A stretch of DNA of 56,407 bases, counting the filler, from Streblomastix strix (lineage: Eukaryota), in the NCBI GenBank assembly GCA_008636045.1. It is 2 parts of 2 records of this genome, joined end to end, with 100 filler letters (N's around TTAATTAATTAA, not from the genome) between each part and the next. Parts side by side here need not be neighbours in the genome. Positions count along the whole stretch, not along the records: positions 28,274 to 56,407 come from SNRW01000130.1; 1 more part is not named here. One strand, 5' to 3'. The first letter of the stretch is position 1. Every line of letters starts with the position of its first letter. Under the pieces are notes generated by a model. The model ran no database searches and was not told where the DNA came from. It was given only the letters and a program-made list of their open reading frames with translations. The translations under genes were made by a program, and so were the position numbers. Positions 54,401 to 56,407 of the stretch are shown here, in pieces.

Positions 54401-54468
54401 AAACAAATTAATATAAAATGAAATAATATATCATACTTGGCACCTATTGTCCGTAGAGGATTCATCAT
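39486..54468 (-). CDS. TOR: Target of rapamycin kinase (HEAT-FAT-FRB-PIKK-FATC), ~4700 aa, about 14 introns
   Basis: Kinase: [170 protein letters not shown]. The start codon (54468) and the length are estimates. Confidence 0.93.
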
Positions 54469-55685
54469 TTGTTGAGAATATATGATTTCTGTAATAAATA
54501 ATAGAATAAACAAAGGAGAAATAAAAATTATTTGCAAATATAATTAAATAATAATATAAGAAAAAGGAGAATAAAAAGGTACATATCTATAAAATAAATA
54601 AAATAATTGTAGAATGCAGTACAAAAAATAGTAATTTATATAGAAAACATTATTAATAAATAAAATTTTTATCAAATATTTAATAAAATTAAATAAAAAA
54701 TGTAAAATGTATAAAAGAAAAACGTTTTGGGAAAAGGAAGAATTGAAACATATATTCTGATATATAGTTTAAATCAATAATCTTAATAATTAAACAATAT
54801 GAAAAGAATAAATAAATAAAAATCTTTTTAAAATTAATTTAAAGATGGATAGAATGATTTATCGATAGAAAAAATAGTTGAAAGTGAACCAGGTTTTCAT
54901 TGTGTTTTTTTTGGAATAATAGCTTGAATTCTTTATTATATTATGGTTTCTGTTGTTTGTAATATATAATAAATACAATCAAAAGATGATATGTTGCTTG
55001 TGTCTGATGAAACATAAAATTTGTTGTTTTTATTTTTACGTCAAGAATTTTGAGAAAGATAAGTTGTTTATTTAGCATATTATTATTATAAATGTTAGTA
55101 TTATAAATTTGGCATTGAATTATATATTTTATTAAAGTTAACATAAATAATTTGTGAAGAAAATATGTATATATTAAAAATGCATATATTCGCTCGGAGA
55201 GAGATTAATTGTTACTAAAAATAGGATAAAATAACATATTTAAATTAAATATATTAGTTTATGTAATAAAATTAAGTATTTCGAACGAGAAATAAGCAAC
55301 GGATATAAAAAGTAATATTTTTATTAATTATTAAACACTTCTAATGTAGTGCAAGAATATTCATATTAATATATATTATTTTTATTTATTAATTATAATA
55401 AATTTTATTATTATAAAATACGCAACTAACAAGAAAAATTAAAAAATATTATGATTTCAAATACTTCGGTTATCATGAAGATAACTTAGATTCAGGAGAA
55501 AGTAGTTATGAGAATATGGAGAGTGCCCCACATAGAAAAATAAAATAAATAATGTTAAATAAAATAATGATTATAAAATAATAATAATAAATAATGAAAA
55601 TAAATAATTATAATAAAATAATGCAAAAGAAAATAAGCACTTGATTAAAATTATTGTTTGAAAATTTTGAATATAATTATGAGAG

Positions 55686-55729
55686 TGATTAATGAAGTTG
55701 ATTAATGATGTTGATTAATGATGTTGATT
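55686..55729. repeat. 13-bp tandem repeat TGATTAATGA(A/T)GT, 3.4 copies
   Basis: Units start at 55686, 55699, 55712 and 55725 (partial). Confidence 0.9.
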
Positions 55730-55829
55730 TTTGAACGTATGGCACTCTCCATATTCTCATAACTACATGGTGAAGTTGATGGAGTTAGTTGATTGATTTG
55801 GTTGATGATTTTGAACATTTAAATTTTAT

Positions 55830-56345
55830 TATATTCGGAAACCTAAAATTATTGATGAATTCGATAATGACTTCGTTAGTGAAATCATTATAAATTGAAC
55901 ATTGAATTTTGAACGTTTATAGTTTAGTTTGTGGTGTTCCGAGTGTTCCGAGTCATAAAACATTAATGATATTTATGAAATTGGCACGCATAAATTGAAT
56001 AGGTATTGAATGACTTTTAGGTGTTCCGAGTGTTCCGAGTGTTTCGAGTCAAAAACTTTTATAAAAAGCTGTGGCCAACTGGACAACTGGCCAATTTATT
56101 AATTGATTTCGTTGTTGAACTATGTTATATTCGGAAACCTAAAATTTATTGGTGGGTTCGTTAGTGAATTCATGAAGATTTGACTGTTCCGAGTGTTCCG
56201 AGTCGTAAAACATCAATGAATTTTATGTAATTGGCACGAAGAAATGGATTAGATAATGAATGACTTTTAGGTGTTCCGAATGTTCCGAGTGTTCCGAGTC
56301 AAAAACTTTTATAAAAAGCTATGGCCAACTGGACAACTGGCCAAT
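55830..56345. repeat. Imperfect direct repeat with internal 9-bp (TGTTCCGAG) and 8-bp (GG[C/A]CAACT) arrays
   Basis: 55935-56095 recurs at 56185-56345 (period 250). TATTCGGAAACCTAAAATT recurs at 55832 and 56128. Confidence 0.92.
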
Positions 56346-56407
56346 ATTTGAGGAAAAATAAATTTATTTAATGTTTCAAACGTTGATTTGTTCGTTGAAG
56401 TTGCTGA

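Larger units (their letters stand above)
55501..56407. mobile_element. Repeat-rich non-coding region starting AGTAGT; candidate terminus of a DNA transposon (Polinton/Maverick-like) or a MITE plus satellite
   Basis: 26-bp perfect inverted repeat (55502-55527 / 55741-55766), 13-bp tandem, 250-bp-period direct repeats and recurring TTGAAC motifs. No element genes are visible in the window. Confidence 0.4.

Noticed and set aside
305..54468. Mass pseudogenisation suggested by many in-frame TAA/TAG codons
   Set aside because: They fall at Gln positions, frames are intact and genes end in TGA, so this is a code variant.
54941..55144. Short AT-rich track ORFs in intergenic DNA (also 21208..21396, 24799..25041, 25440..25628)
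   Set aside because: Composition typical of non-coding AT-rich DNA, no motifs, and defined by stops that are sense codons here.
55935..56345. CRISPR array or telomeric repeat
   Set aside because: The intervening sequences are themselves repeated, there are no unique spacers or cas genes, the context is eukaryotic, and there is no long simple telomeric tract.

Overview
AT-rich eukaryotic nuclear DNA read with a variant genetic code (TAA/TAG = Gln, TGA the only stop), so the supplied standard-code ORF track shows only fragments and shadow ORFs. Introns are short (about 45-140 nt) and GT-AG, with one GC-AG. The code, intron style, flagellar gene and beta-helix surface protein best fit an oxymonad such as Streblomastix (inference; a ciliate is not formally excluded). 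Genes, left to right: intronless phosphoserine aminotransferase (-); a ~36-intron Pmp/pectin-lyase-like surface protein (+); an unknown ~1100-aa protein (-); a NIMA-related kinase (-); coronin (+); an ELAV/Sxl-like double-RRM protein (+); NXF1/Mex67 (+); an artificial 100-nt scaffold gap; the 3' half of SMC1 (+); two orphan ORFs (-,+); IFT57 (-); and a giant (~4700 aa), divergent TOR kinase (-). The window ends in a repeat-rich region starting with AGTAGT that may be the end of a Polinton/Maverick-type element. The most striking unexplained structure is a 0.45-0.7 kb non-coding module present three times. Each copy lies just upstream of a start codon in the same gene-relative orientation, two copies form a long inverted repeat, and the three appear mosaic. 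All translations and family calls were made by eye; no database searches were run.
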